Positions 1-11,110 of a stretch of 64,000 bases of DNA are shown here, in pieces. The translations under genes and the position numbers were made by a program. Source of the stretch: a virus; IMG/VR virus record IMGVR_UViG_3300027782_000038. One strand, given 5' to 3'. The notes under the pieces were generated by a model. It worked only from the letters and a program-made list of their open reading frames with translations, was not told the origin of the DNA and ran no database searches. Numbering within the stretch: the stretch's first letter is position 1; every line of letters starts with the position of its first letter.

Positions 1-3000
1 GCTAAAGCAAACTCAGCTAATATACTTGCACAATTGGCCTTTGATAAAGCCAACACTGTTAATGTTTATGCTTATTCAGCAAATACATTCTTACAAGCCA
101 ATGACGTTATCACATTAAGTACTGCACAGACATATACAAATACAACTAATACGGCTATGAAAGCGTATGTTGACCAAGCCAACACCGGATTAAAGTCATA
201 TGTAGACCAAGCCAATACAGGCATGACTTCTTACGTGCTTTCTTCCAATAATGCTGTAACTGGTTATGTAACATCATCTAATACGGCTATGAAAGCCTAT
301 GTTGATCAAGCCAATACTGGAATGGCTTCATATGTGTCTAGCAATGTAACATCAGCCAATACTGCAATGAAGGCATATGTCGATCAGGCTAACACTGGTC
401 TGAAATCGTATGTTGACCAAGCCAACACCGGTATGGCATCTTATGTTTTAGTATCCAATAATGCGGTGTCTGCTTATGTGACTGCTGCTAATACGGCAAT
501 GAAAACATATGTAGACCAAGCCAATACTGGAATGGCTTCATATGTTCTATCGACAAATAATGCTGTATCAGGATATGTGACTTCATCCAACACAGCGATG
601 AAAGCTTATGTTGACCAAGCCAATACAGGCATGGCATCATATGTTCTATCGACAAACAATGCTGTATCTGCTTATGTGACAGCAGCTAATACTGCAATGA
701 AGGCCTATGTCGATCAGGCTAATACTGGTCTAAAGTCATATACAGATGCAACACATTATGCTAAAACTGGTGGTGCCATAACTGGTTCAGTTTCAATTTC
801 GAATGATCTAACAGTTTCAGGCAACTTATTTGTAAATGGTACAGCAACAACAATTAATACTTCATCAATAGTATTAAATGATCCTTTGCTTTATTTGGCA
901 AATAATAATTTTATTTCAGATTCAGTAGATATTGGTTTTGTTGGACATTATAATTCAACAACAAATGCTCATACTGGTTTAATTCGTGATCCTAATCTGA
1001 AAGAATACTTATTTTTTCAAGGTTATACACCAGAAATTGAAGCTAATAATTTAATTAACATAGCAGATCCATCATTTGCATATGCTAACGTTTATGCAGG
1101 TTACTTTAAAGGTAATGTTGTTGCTAGTACAGTGAGAACAAATGGAATAGATGTATTCACATATATAACAGCATCTTTTGATAAAGCCAATACCGTAAAT
1201 GTTTTTACGCAATCTGCATATACTACAGCTAATACAGCAAACTCCAAAGCACAAGGTGCATTTGATTTAGCCAATACTCTAACTGGTGGATCATCAATTG
1301 ACGGATATGCTAGACAAACTGCAAATTCAGCTTTTGATAAAGCCAATACAGTAAACGTATTCACTCAAAGTGCATACTCACAAGCAAACTCTGCAAATAT
1401 ATTAGCACAGGCAGCATTTACTCAAGCTAATACAGTCAACACCTATTCTTACTCAGCTTATAGTACAGCAAATACGGCTGCTGCAAATACTGTGGTTTTA
1501 CAATCAGTAAATGATGTACAAAACACTAACATATCAGCAGCATTTGATAAAGCAAACTCTGCAAATATGCTAGCACAGGCAGCATTTACTCAAGCCAATT
1601 CAGCTAACATATTAGCACAGGCAGCATTTACATTTGCCAATACAGTTAATGTATATTCTTACTCATCTTATAGTACAGCAAACTCAGCACAGTCTAATAC
1701 AATTGTACTACAAGGAATAAATACAACCCAAAACACCTGGATTAGTGCTAATGCTGTGTTTACACAATCGGCATTTACTCAAGCCAATTCAGCTAACATA
1801 TTAGCGCAAGGTGCTTTTACATTTGCTAATACAGTTAATACATATTCTTACTCAGCTTACAGCATAGCAAACTCAGCACAGTCTAATACGGTAATAACCC
1901 AAGGTGTAGATGTTACTCAAAACACCTGGATTAGTTCCAATGCAGTATTCACACAGTCTGCATACAATACCGCTAACACTGCTAATAATACAGCAAATAT
2001 TGCTGCAACAAACATAACAGTATTACAATCAGTAAATATCGTACAAAATACCACTATTGGTGCATCTTTCGACAAAGCAAATAGTGCAAATATTTTAGCA
2101 CAAGCATCATTTACATTTGCTAATACAGTCAATACATATGCTTATTCAGCAAACACCTTCTTACAAGCTAATGACGCTACTACTCTAAGTACTGCACAGA
2201 CATATACAAATACAGCTAATACGGCAATGAAGGCTTATGTCGACCAGGCTAATACTGGTATGGCTTCTTATGTTTTGGCATCAAATAATGCTGTAACTGC
2301 TTATGTGACAGCAGCTAATACTGCAATGAAGGCCTATGTCGATCAGGCTAATACTGGAATGGCATCGTATGTACTTTCTACAAACAATGCTGTATCAGGA
2401 TATGTAACTGCTGCTAATACGGCAATGAAATCTTATGTTGACCAAGCCAATACTGGAATGGCTTCATATGTTTTAGTATCCAATAATGCGGTGTCTGCTT
2501 ATGTGACAGCAGCTAATACGGCAATGAAAGCATATGTAGACCAAGCCAATACTGGAATGGCTTCTTATGTACTTTCTACAAACAATGCTGTATCAGGATA
2601 TGTAACTGCTGCTAATACTGCAATGAAAGCATATGTCGATCAGGCTAATACTGGAATGGCATCGTATGTTTTAGTATCCAATAATGCGGTAACTGGATAT
2701 GTAACTTCTTCCAATACCGCAATGAAAGCGTATGTAGATCAAGCTAACACTGGTCTAAAGTCATATGTAATTCAAGCCAATACAGGCATGGCTTCTTATG
2801 TACTAGCCTCTAATAATGCCGTAACTGCTTATGTGACTGCTTCTAATACGGCAATGAAATCATATGTAGACCAAGCTAATACAGGCATGGCATCGTATGT
2901 GTCTAGCAATGTAATTACTGCTAATACTGCAATGAAGGCCTATGTCGATCAGTCTAATACTGGAATGGCATCATATGTACTTTCTACAAATAATGCTGTA

Positions 3001-6000
3001 ACTGCTTATGTAACTGCTGCTAATACATCCATAAAGGCTTATGTTGACCAAGCCAATACAGGGTTGAAGTCTTACGTTGACCAAGCTAATACAGGCATGG
3101 CTTCTTATGTACTTTCTACAAACAATGCTGTATCGGGATATGTGACAGCAGCCAATACTGCAATGAAAGCATATGTCGATCAGGCTAACACTGGTCTGAA
3201 ATCGTATGTTGACCAAGCCAATACTGGTATGGCTTCATATGTTTTGGCATCAAACAATGCTGTATCCGGATATGTAACTGCTGCTAATACTGCTATGAAG
3301 GCGTATGTCGATCAAGCTAATACTGGTCTTAAATCATATACCGATGCAACTCACTATGCTAAAACTGGTGGAACTATTTCAGGATCGGTATCTGTCACAA
3401 ATGACTTAACTGTATCTGGTAATTTAATTATTAATGGTATTTCAACAACTATTAATACTTCATCAATTGTCGTAAATGATCCATTGATATTTCTTGGAAA
3501 TAATAATACTATTTCCGATACTGTTGATATTGGTATTATAGGACATTACAATGCAACACAAAATGCTCACACTGGTGTTTTTAGAGATGCTACTCTAAAA
3601 GAATGGTTTTTCTTCCAAAATTACACACCAGAAATTCGAGCTAATAATTTAATTAATATTGCTGATCCTACTTTTGTCACAGCTAACGTATATGGTGGAT
3701 TCTTTAAGGGTAATCTTGTAGGTAATACTGCAACAGTTGGTGGTATTGAACTTGGTGCATATAGTCAAGCTGCTTATAGTACAGCAAACTCAGCACAGTC
3801 TAATACTGTAGTACTTCAAGGTGTAAATACTACTCAAAATACTTGGTTAAGTTCTAATGCAGCATTTACACAATCAGCATATACATTTGCTAATACGGTT
3901 AATGTATTTACTCAATCGGCATTTACTCAAGCAAATGCTGCTAACATATTAGCACAAGGTGCATTTACATTTGCTAATACTGTTAACACATATTCGTATT
4001 CTGCTTATAGTACAGCCAATTCAGCACAATCAAATACTGTAGCACTGCAAGGCGTAAACACATCTCAAAACACCTGGATTAGTTCTAATGCAGAATTTAC
4101 TCAATCAGCATATACTTTTGCTAATACTGTAAATGTATTCACTCAATCAGCATTTACTCAAGCAAATACAGCAAACATATTAGCACAAGGTGCATTTACA
4201 TTTGCTAATACTCGGTTAGCGAATACAGGAACCTCAATCACTGTCAATGGTTCATCTCAATTAATTATTGCTAATACACAACCTTCAACAAGTAATGTTA
4301 CTGGTGCTTTGGTTATAAGTGGTGGTTTAGGTGTTGCTGGTAACGTTAAGGTAACAGGAACAAACAATTATTTTGCTGGTAACGTTGCTATTGGATCAAC
4401 CGAATTTATATCTGGTGATATACTGTCAATATATCATGCTACGGCTAGTAATCCATTCATAAGTGGAGATTTGAACACAAACTTAACTGTTCATAGAAGT
4501 TCCACAGATGCCGTTGGTCCAAATATGGTGCTTAGAAAATCCAGAGGAACTATGTCCTCGCAAACATCAGTTATAAGTGGTGATGTGCTTGGTACATATT
4601 TTTTTAGCGGTTATAACGGATCTAGCAATTCAAATGTAGCTCATATTAGAGGTACTATTGGTACATTTACTAGTAATACTAATATCAGCAGTTATGTATC
4701 CGTTTTCACATCTCCAGGAGGTACAGCAACACCTTCAGAAAGTATGCGAATTGCTGGTGGAACAATTTCTCTAGGCGCAGCGCCCGGCTCAGAATCCCTG
4801 CGTGTCACGCCTATTGCTAGTGCGGTAAATTTTCTTGAGGTGTTGGGTGCAAGCACAGGCGTATCTCCGGTTCTACAGTCAACTGGCTCAGATACTAACG
4901 TCAACGCAGTATTTGCCACTAAAGGTACGGGCGCACATTTATTTAGAACAAATGGCAACACTGCCAATACACAGTTTCAAATATCCCACTCAGCCTCAGC
5001 TGTTAATTACCTACAAGTGTCGGGTGCGGCTACAACTGGCGCACCTTATTTATTCTCTACTGGTACTGACACAAATGTAGGTATGCAGGTCTCATCAAAA
5101 GGCACTGCGTCAATATCATTTTTTACAAACACTTTTGCACAGGCTCAATTCAGCATCGCCCACACAGCTTCAGCAGTTAACTATCTGCAAGCAACAGGTG
5201 GGTCTACGGGTAATGCGCCGTTACTTACTGCTCAAGGTTCTGATGCAAATATAAGTTTTACGATGCAAGCAAAAGGCACTGGTAGTTTTTATACCTTTGG
5301 CGCTGGTATGTATTATTACAACCTAGCGTCCGCCCCACAATTTGCGGTGACAAGCACAGCCTCAGCAGTTAACTATTTGCAAGTTACTGGTGGTGTATCA
5401 GGCGGCAGCCCCGTAATTAGCGCACAAGGTACTGATTCAAATATCAATCTTGTATTTGACTCAAAAGGCAGCAACGGACACTTGTTTAGAACTAATGGCG
5501 GTAACCAAACTCAATTCTTTGTAGGACACACTGCCTCAGCGGTTAACTATCTGCAAATAAACGGTAGTGCAACAGGTAATAGAACAAACTTTTACGCTCT
5601 CGGTTCTGACGCAAACGTAGGTATAAATTACAATGCCAAAGGCGCTGAGTACCATGTGTTTACAGCTAACTCTGGTTACGCAAACTTTGTTATTGCGCCT
5701 ACTGTTAATGCCGTAAATCAAATATATGTGACTGGCGGCGCTACGACTGCGGGTGTGAACTTTTCTGCCCAAGGTAGCGATACAAATATCTTCATCACTT
5801 ACGACGCTAAAGGCACAGAGGCGCATAGCTTCAGAACAAACGGTGGTCTGCAACAATTCCGCATTGCACCGACAGCCTCCGCTGTTAATTATTTGCAAGT
5901 AAACGGCAACATAACAAGTGCAGCACCTTTTATGTCTGCACAAGGCTCCGATGCAAACATTGGAATGAGTCTTGTACCAAAGGGTGACAATCCTGTTCAG

Positions 6001-8754
6001 GTTTTAGGGAACGGTCAAGCCGTATCCAGCATTAGTACGTCAGGCGCACTTGGCAGTGCGTTGCTTGTTTCGGATACGGCTGGCGCAGCGGGTAACGGTG
6101 GCTCTGTTGTATTTGGTGCGGCATCAGGCTCATGGCGTTTTGCGGCGATTAAGTCTTATGTAACAAACGGCGCATCAAACTCACAAGGCGATTTGTATTT
6201 CTTAACTCGTCGTAATGCTACAGACGCTAACCTTACGCCTTCTATGCAAATTACATCAAGCGGGGCAGTGTCTTTAGGATATGCGTCTGCGGCATCACAA
6301 CCATCTTTACTTGTCACGCCTGTTGCCAGTGCTGTGAATTATGTTGATGTATGGGGTGGGGCAACAGGAACAGGTGGACGCATTTTTGCAAAAGGTTCTG
6401 ATACAAATATTTCTCTTGAATACATTTCAAAAGGCGGGTCGCCACATACGTTTTACACCGGAACCTCTTCGGCTGTTCAGTTTCGTGTTGCCGACACAGC
6501 CTCCGCAGTTAATTACCTGCAAGTAACAGGCAGCGCAAGCACAACGCCAACCCTTTCAGCACAGGGGTCTAGTGCAGACGTTGATATAGTATTGACACCG
6601 AAAGGTACTGGTGGATTACGGTTTACAGGACCACTTCTACCAAACAACTTGGCAGGCACATCGGGACAAGTCTTAACTTCGGCTGGTGCAGGTGCAGTGC
6701 CAACATGGACATCACCAGCCGTAGGTACGGTTACAGGTGTTACAGCAACGTCTCCTGTTGCATCAAGTGGTGGCGCAGCACCTGTCATCAGTTTAAGCGC
6801 CGCATATGGTGACACAACAAACCCATATGCTTCAAAGACAGCTAACTTTGTGCTTGCAGCACCAAATGGATCCGCAGGAGTTCCTACATTTAGAGCAATT
6901 GTTGCTGCCGATATTCCCACACTTAACCAAAACACAACTGGTTCAGCAGCCACCTTAACAACCATTAGAACCCTTTGGGGACAAAACTTCAATGGTAGTG
7001 CTAACGTTACTGGTGCCATTGCTAGTGTAACAACATTATCAATGAATAACCAGTTGACCAATAGTTTAGCTACTGGTACAGCACCATTTGTAATTACTTC
7101 GACAACAAGAGTTGCAAACTTAAACGTGGCAACTGCTGGTACTGCTGACACCGCCACGACTGCTACAACAGCAACTAGCACACCATACCCTGTATTTTCT
7201 GACGATGCAGTATCAAAAGACAACATTACTACTAGAACAAATAGTGGTTTTTATGAATCTAGCACTGGAACTTTAGCAGAAGGATGGCCCACAGATAGTG
7301 GAGGTTGGCATCATTTGTTATCAACAACACATACTAATGATGCAAATTATTATGCTATGCAATTATCCTCTAGATTTGATACTCAAGATTTTTATTATAG
7401 AGCAACCAATGGATCCGGCACTACTGCTTGGTCAAGAGTTCTATTGAGTACGAATTTTAATAGTTTTTCTCCAACCTTAACGGGAACGGGAGCCAGTGGA
7501 TCATGGGGAATTAACGTAACAGGCTCTGCTGCTACAGCTACAACCGCAACAAACCAATCTGGTGGAACTGTTAGTGCTACAACTGGTTCTTTTTCAGGGA
7601 ATATAGCTTTACCTTCGGGTGCAGGAACAAACGCAATTAAAGCAGGTACGGGAGATGGCGCTTCTTTTACAACATATAATTTAAAAATTAATTCTTGGTA
7701 TGGAATTGGTTTTGGTGATTATCAAGATTTAGCTACTGTTAAAGCCTATATTGATTGTCGAACAGGTAATTACGGAACAAGTGGTCAATTTGTTTCTACA
7801 GTTGCTACTGGCACAGCACCATTTTCAGTTGCTTCTACTACTAGAGTGGCAAATCTAAACGTTGCAACTGCTGGTACTGCTGACACCGCAACAACTGCCA
7901 CAACTGCCACAACTGCTACAACCGCAACAAACCAATCTGGTGGAACTGTTAGTGCTACTACTGGCTCGTTTAGCGGATTATTAATAGGTGCCTCATCAGC
8001 CGCAACAAACGTTAATACTGCTAATGACACTGGATCTTTTTCTGTTAGAGGTAATACCAGCACAATCGCTTCAATGTCCTTCCATAGAACTGGTGCATAC
8101 GCAATTAACATGGGATTAGGTACGGATAATATATTCCGTATTGGGGGATGGTCGGCTTCAAACGATTGTTTGCAATTAACAGGCACAGGAAACTTAACAA
8201 CTCTGGGTACCATAACATCCGGCGGGAGTTTAACAGTATTAGGAACAACATCACTAGGAGCCGCAGCAGGATCAGAATCCCTACGTGTCACGACTGTTGC
8301 TAGTTCAGTTAACTACCTGCAAGTAGAAGGAAGTGCAAGCACTACACCAACACTTTCTGCACAAGGTTCTGGTGCAAATGTTGATATAATATTGACACCA
8401 AAAGGCAGCGGTTATGTTGTCATTGACTCAGCATACTCACCAAACCTGACACTAACAGATGCAGCTACAATTACTTGGGATACTAGTACAGCGGGTGGTC
8501 AAGTGGCAACGTTTACATTTGTATCTACAAATAGAACAATGGGCGCACCAACAAACTTAAAGAATGGAGGTTTTTATGCTTTAGCTGTAATCCAAAATGC
8601 TGGTAGTAACACGTTGACTTGGAACTCAGTATTTAAGTGGGCGGCGGGTGTTGCACCTACATTGTCTACAACAGCAGGGGCTAAAGACTACTTCACATTC
8701 CGATCTGATGGCACAAACCTTTATCAACAAGGTATCTCACAGGCGGTGGCATAA
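1..8754 (+). CDS. Giant repetitive tail fibre / virion fibre protein (5'-truncated, >2900 aa)
   Basis: Frame is open from base 1. Contains ANTAMKAYVDQANTG helical repeats, ~50-aa TASAVNYLQV..G..AQGSD.NI...KG repeats and tail-fibre-like knob motifs (MSFHRTGAYA..GL..DN..RIGGWS). Lies upstream of the neck genes. Confidence 0.75.
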   Translation, partial: AKANSANILAQLAFDKANTVNVYAYSANTFLQANDVITLSTAQTYTNTTNTAMKAYVDQANTGLKSYVDQANTGMTSYVLSSNNAVTGYVTSSNTAMKAYVDQANTGMASYVSSNVTSANTAMKAYVDQANTGLKSYVDQANTGMASYVLVSNNAVSAYVTAANTAMKTYVDQANTGMASYVLSTNNAVSGYVTSSNTAMKAYVDQANTGMASYVLSTNNAVSAYVTAANTAMKAYVDQANTGLKSYTDATHYAKTGGAITGSVSISNDLTVSGNLFVNGTATTINTSSIVLNDPLLYLANNNFISDSVDIGFVGHYNSTTNAHTGLIRDPNLKEYLFFQGYTPEIEANNLINIADPSFAYANVYAGYFKGNVVASTVRTNGIDVFTYITASFDKANTVNVFTQSAYTTANTANSKAQGAFDLANTLTGGSSIDGYARQTANSAFDKANTVNVFTQSAYSQANSANILAQAAFTQANTVNTYSYSAYSTANTAAANTVVLQSVNDVQNTNISAAFDKANSANMLAQAAFTQANSANILAQAAFTFANTVNVYSYSSYSTANSAQSNTIVLQGINTTQNTWISANAVFTQSAFTQANSANILAQGAFTFANTVNTYSYSAYSIANSAQSNTVITQGVDVTQNTWISSNAVFTQSAYNTANTANNTANIAATNITVLQSVNIVQNTTIGASFDKANSANILAQASFTFANTVNTYAYSANTFLQANDATTLSTAQTYTNTANTAMKAYVDQANTGMASYVLASNNAVTAYVTAANTAMKAYVDQANTGMASYVLSTNNAVSGYVTAANTAMKSYVDQANTGMASYVLVSNNAVSAYVTAANTAMKAYVDQANTGMASYVLSTNNAVSGYVTAANTAMKAYVDQANTGMASYVLVSNNAVTGYVTSSNTAMKAYVDQANTGLKSYVIQANTGMASYVLASNNAVTAYVTASNTAMKSYVDQANTGMASYVSSNVITANTAMKAYVDQSNTGMASYVLSTNNAVTAYVTAANTSIKAYVDQANTGLKSYVDQANTGMASYVLSTNNAVSGYVTAANTAMKAYVDQANTGLKSYVDQANTGMASYVLASNNAVSGYVTAANTAMKAYVDQANTGLKSYTDATHYAKTGGTISGSVSVTNDLTVSGNLIINGISTTINTSSIVVNDPLIFLGNNNTISDTVDIGIIGHYNATQNAHTGVFRDATLKEWFFFQNYTPEIRANNLINIADPTFVTANVYGGFFKGNLVGNTATVGGIELGAYSQAAYSTANSAQSNTVVLQGVNTTQNTWLSSNAAFTQSAYTFANTVNVFTQSAFTQANAANILAQGAFTFANTVNTYSYSAYSTANSAQSNTVALQGVNTSQNTWISSNAEFTQSAYTFANTVNVFTQSAFTQANTANILAQGAFTFANTRLANTGTSITVNGSSQLIIANTQPSTSNVTGALVISGGLGVAGNVKVTGTNNYFAGNVAIGSTEFISGDILSIYHATASNPFISGDLNTNLTVHRSSTDAVGPNMVLRKSRGTMSSQTSVISGDVLGTYFFSGYNGSSNSNVAHIRGTIGTFTSNTNISSYVSVFTSPGGTATPSESMRIAGGTISLGAAPGSESLRVTPIASAVNFLEVLGASTGVSPVLQSTGSDTNVNAVFATKGTGAHLFRTNGNTANTQFQISHSASAVNYLQVSGAATTGAPYLFSTGTDTNVGMQVSSKGTASISFFTNTFAQAQFSIAHTASAVNYLQATGGSTGNAPLLTAQGSDANISFTMQAKGTGSFYTFGAGMYYYNLASAPQFAVTSTASAVNYLQVTGGVSGGSPVISAQGTDSNINLVFDSKGSNGHLFRTNGGNQTQFFVGHTASAVNYLQINGSATGNRTNFYALGSDANVGINYNAKGAEYHVFTANSGYANFVIAPTVNAVNQIYVTGGATTAGVNFSAQGSDTNIFITYDAKGTEAHSFRTNGGLQQFRIAPTASAVNYLQVNGNITSAAPFMSAQGSDANIGMSLVPKGDNPVQVLGNGQAVSSISTSGALGSALLVSDTAGAAGNGGSVVFGAASGSWRFAAIKSYVTNGASNSQGDLYFLTRRNATDANLTPSMQITSSGAVSLGYASAASQPSLLVTPVASAVNYVDVWGGATGTGGRIFAKGSDTNISLEYISKGGSPHTFYTGTSSAVQFRVADTASAVNYLQVTGSASTTPTLSAQGSSADVDIVLTPKGTGGLRFTGPLLPNNLAGTSGQVLTSAGAGAVPTWTSPAVGTVTGVTATSPVASSGGAAPVISLSAAYGDTTNPYASKTANFVLAAPNGSAGVPTFRAIVAADIPTLNQNTTGSAATLTTIRTLWGQNFNGSANVTGAIASVTTLSMNNQLTNSLATGTAPFVITSTTRVANLNVATAGTADTATTATTATSTPYPVFSDDAVSKDNITTRTNSGFYESSTGTLAEGWPTDSGGWHHLLSTTHTNDANYYAMQLSSRFDTQDFYYRATNGSGTTAWSRVLLSTNFNSFSPTLTGTGASGSWGINVTGSAATATTATNQSGGTVSATTGSFSGNIALPSGAGTNAIKAGTGDGASFTTYNLKINSWYGIGFGDYQDLATVKAYIDCRTGNYGTSGQFVSTVATGTAPFSVASTTRVANLNVATAGTADTATTATTATTATTATNQSGGTVSATTGSFSGLLIGASSAATNVNTANDTGSFSVRGNTSTIASMSFHRTGAYAINMGLGTDNIFRIGGWSASNDCLQLTGTGNLTTLGTITSGGSLTVLGTTSLGAAAGSESLRVTTVASSVNYLQVEGSASTTPTLSAQGSGANVDIILTPKGSGYVVIDSAYSPNLTLTDAATITWDTSTAGGQVATFTFVSTNRTMGAPTNLKNGGFYALAVIQNAGSNTLTWNSVFKWAAGVAPTLSTTAGAKDYFTFRSDGTNLYQQGISQAVA
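58..3720 (+). repeat. Duplicated module and tandem ANTAMKAYVDQANTG repeats in the fibre gene
   Basis: The module YAYSANTFLQAND...(KAYVDQANTG)n...YTDATHYAKTGG...GHYN...YTPEI.ANNLINIADP occurs twice (~58-1130 and ~2130-3720) with near-identical DNA repeats. Confidence 0.9.
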
Positions 8755-8772
8755 AATAATAAATAAACACTT

Positions 8773-8780
8773 TATAAATA
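8773..8780 (+). promoter_or_regulatory. T4-type late promoter TATAAATA
   Basis: Exact gp55 consensus, intergenic, upstream of 8822. Confidence 0.7.
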
Positions 8781-8821
8781 TAAAGTAACAATTAACATTA
8801 ATAAAAATATTTGGAAAAATT

Positions 8822-9166
8822 ATGAACACAACTTATACATGGAAAATTAACAGTCTTTCTGTTATGAATGTACCAGAAGAAAATACAGCAGTAATGAGTA
8901 ATTTTACCATTTCTGGCGTAGATGGTAGTTTGACTGGTTCGGTTACTTATTCAGTAAATCTCTTACCTGCTGATGCAGATAATTTTACTCCATATGCAGA
9001 TATTACTCAGACAATGGCTATTCAATGGACAAAAGATGCTTTAGGTACAAGCCGTGTCACAGCAATGGAATCAGAAGTTCAGGCACAGATTGATACACAA
9101 AAAATTCCAACGCCACAACCAGCACCATTGCCTTGGGTTTCAACAGAAGATATTAACGTAGCATAA
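8822..9166 (+). CDS. Hypothetical tail-fibre-associated protein
   Basis: 114-aa ORF directly after the fibre gene; TYTWKI...FTPYADIT...W.K..LG pattern is typical of small phage fibre-adjacent proteins. Confidence 0.55.
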   Translation: MNTTYTWKINSLSVMNVPEENTAVMSNFTISGVDGSLTGSVTYSVNLLPADADNFTPYADITQTMAIQWTKDALGTSRVTAMESEVQAQIDTQKIPTPQPAPLPWVSTEDINVA

Positions 9167-9202
9167 ATAGTAGTACATTATTAATACATTAGGAGAATTG
9201 AA

Positions 9203-9409
9203 ATGACAGAACAAACTCAACAACCAGAAGCAAAAGATCCAGAACTTACATTGACTCTAAAAATTAGTCAAATTAATGTTTTACTTGCGTCTTTAGATGA
9301 AGTTCCACACAAGTATAGTCGTGGCGTTATTGACACAATTCAACAACAAGCCAGTGCTCAAGTACAAAAACTCCAAGACAGTGGAGAAATCCCTAAATTT
9401 CAAATGTAA
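9203..9409 (+). CDS. Hypothetical protein
   Basis: 68-aa ORF with AGGAG RBS. Confidence 0.6.
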   Translation: MTEQTQQPEAKDPELTLTLKISQINVLLASLDEVPHKYSRGVIDTIQQQASAQVQKLQDSGEIPKFQM

Positions 9410-9456
9410 TAACATGATTTCTCCTGTTGAATAAATATATTGATAGGAGAATTAAT

Positions 9457-10227
9457 ATGTCTACAATTACAAATAGAAACGATTTTGCAGATTATTGTCT
9501 AAGACGATTGGGTGCACCGGTCATAAACATCAACATAGATGATGATCAGGTACAGGATCGAATTGATGATGCACTCCAATATTGGCAAGATTACCACTAT
9601 GATGGTGTACAAAAAGTATACTACATCAAAGGTATACAACAAACGGATATTGATCGAAGGTACTTGGATCTCAGTCAGACAGTAGATGCTCAAAATAATC
9701 CATTAGAAATAATTGGTATTACCAGAATATTTCCTGTTTCAGATACCATGTCAAATGTTAATATGTTTGATTTGAGGTATCAACTTCGTTTAAATGAACT
9801 CTACGACTTCACCTCAGCCTCATACATCAATTATACTTTGACAATGCAACACTTACGTTCACTAGAACTTATGTTCACTGGAGAAGTTCCTATTCGATAT
9901 CAGAGACATATGAAAAGACTCTATATTGATTGGGGTTGGGGAACACAAGCCAAAATAGGACAAGTTATTGTAGCTGAAGCTTTTGCTGTGATTAATCCGG
10001 ATGTTTATGGAAATGTATGGTCGGATCGTTGGTTAAAACAATATGCCACAGCTTTGATTAAAAGACAATGGGGAACCAACATGATGAAATTTGGTGGTCT
10101 ACAATTACCTGGCGGTGTTACACTGAACGGAAAAGAAACTTTCGCTGAAGCTACTGAAGAAATAACTAAATTAGAATCAGAAATGATTACGAACTACGGT
10201 GGACCTTTGGATATGTTCATAAACTAA
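9457..10227 (+). CDS. gp13: Neck protein gp13
   Basis: YCLRRLGAPVI.IN..DDQ..DRIDDALQY..DYHYDG and QLPGGVTLNG motifs; AGGAG RBS supports ATG 9457. Confidence 0.92.
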   Translation: MSTITNRNDFADYCLRRLGAPVININIDDDQVQDRIDDALQYWQDYHYDGVQKVYYIKGIQQTDIDRRYLDLSQTVDAQNNPLEIIGITRIFPVSDTMSNVNMFDLRYQLRLNELYDFTSASYINYTLTMQHLRSLELMFTGEVPIRYQRHMKRLYIDWGWGTQAKIGQVIVAEAFAVINPDVYGNVWSDRWLKQYATALIKRQWGTNMMKFGGLQLPGGVTLNGKETFAEATEEITKLESEMITNYGGPLDMFIN

Positions 10228-10228
10228 T

Positions 10229-11110
10229 ATGGCAACTTCACAATATTTCAACAACTATTCTGCGAAAAACGAACAACGTTTGATCGAAGATATCATTATA
10301 GAATCCATTAAAATAATGGGTTTCGATACCTATTATCTTGCAAATGACAATGATGCGGCTCGAGATTTATTATTTGGAGAAGATCCAGTCAAGAAATTTG
10401 AAACTGCTTTTCCTTTGGAAATGTATCTTACTAATGCAACAGAATATATGGGTGACCAAGATTTCTTTTCTAAATTTGGTCTTGAAATTAGAGATGTAAT
10501 TAAAGTCATTGTATCACATAGGTCATTCCATGAAAGAGTACCAAACAATATTTCTCGTCCCCGTGAAGGTGATTTGATATACGTACCCTTCTTAAATGGT
10601 ACTGGTGAGTTATATGAGATTAAATTTACCGAACAAGCAAAAGATATGCATATGTTAGGTCGTATAAATCCATATTTCTATGAACTTTCACTTGAAAAAT
10701 TCAAATATTCTCAAGAAGTTATTTCAACTGGTATACCAGATATTGATGATGTTGTTACTCAATCAGCCTATACATTGAATCTAAACTTATCCGCCAACGG
10801 TACAGGTAGTTACACATCTTCAGAGATTGTGTTTCAATCAACCGATAATACGTTGGCCAACGCAAACACATATGCAACAGTACAAACATGGTTTGTTCCA
10901 TCTAGATTGTTGACTGTAACGAACATATATGGTGAATTTGCAGATAATGTTAAAATCATTGGTGCATCAAGTAATGCACAATTTATATTAGCAAATTTTG
11001 ATCCATTACAAGATCCAGCAAGAAAAGAAAGTTATGACAATCAAGTTATTAATACTTCAGCCACAACAATTGTTAATAATACAGAAATAAATCCATTTGG
11101 TAGATTATAA
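10229..11110 (+). CDS. gp14: Neck protein gp14
   Basis: FFSKFGLEIRD and RPREGDLIY motifs, C-terminal NPFG; synteny. Confidence 0.92.
   Translation: MATSQYFNNYSAKNEQRLIEDIIIESIKIMGFDTYYLANDNDAARDLLFGEDPVKKFETAFPLEMYLTNATEYMGDQDFFSKFGLEIRDVIKVIVSHRSFHERVPNNISRPREGDLIYVPFLNGTGELYEIKFTEQAKDMHMLGRINPYFYELSLEKFKYSQEVISTGIPDIDDVVTQSAYTLNLNLSANGTGSYTSSEIVFQSTDNTLANANTYATVQTWFVPSRLLTVTNIYGEFADNVKIIGASSNAQFILANFDPLQDPARKESYDNQVINTSATTIVNNTEINPFGRL

Noticed and set aside
150-3350. CRISPR-like array or DGR in the fibre repeats
   Set aside because: The repeats are in-frame coding repeats varying mainly at synonymous positions, with no unique spacers, no adenine-specific TR/VR pair and no cas or reverse transcriptase gene in the window.
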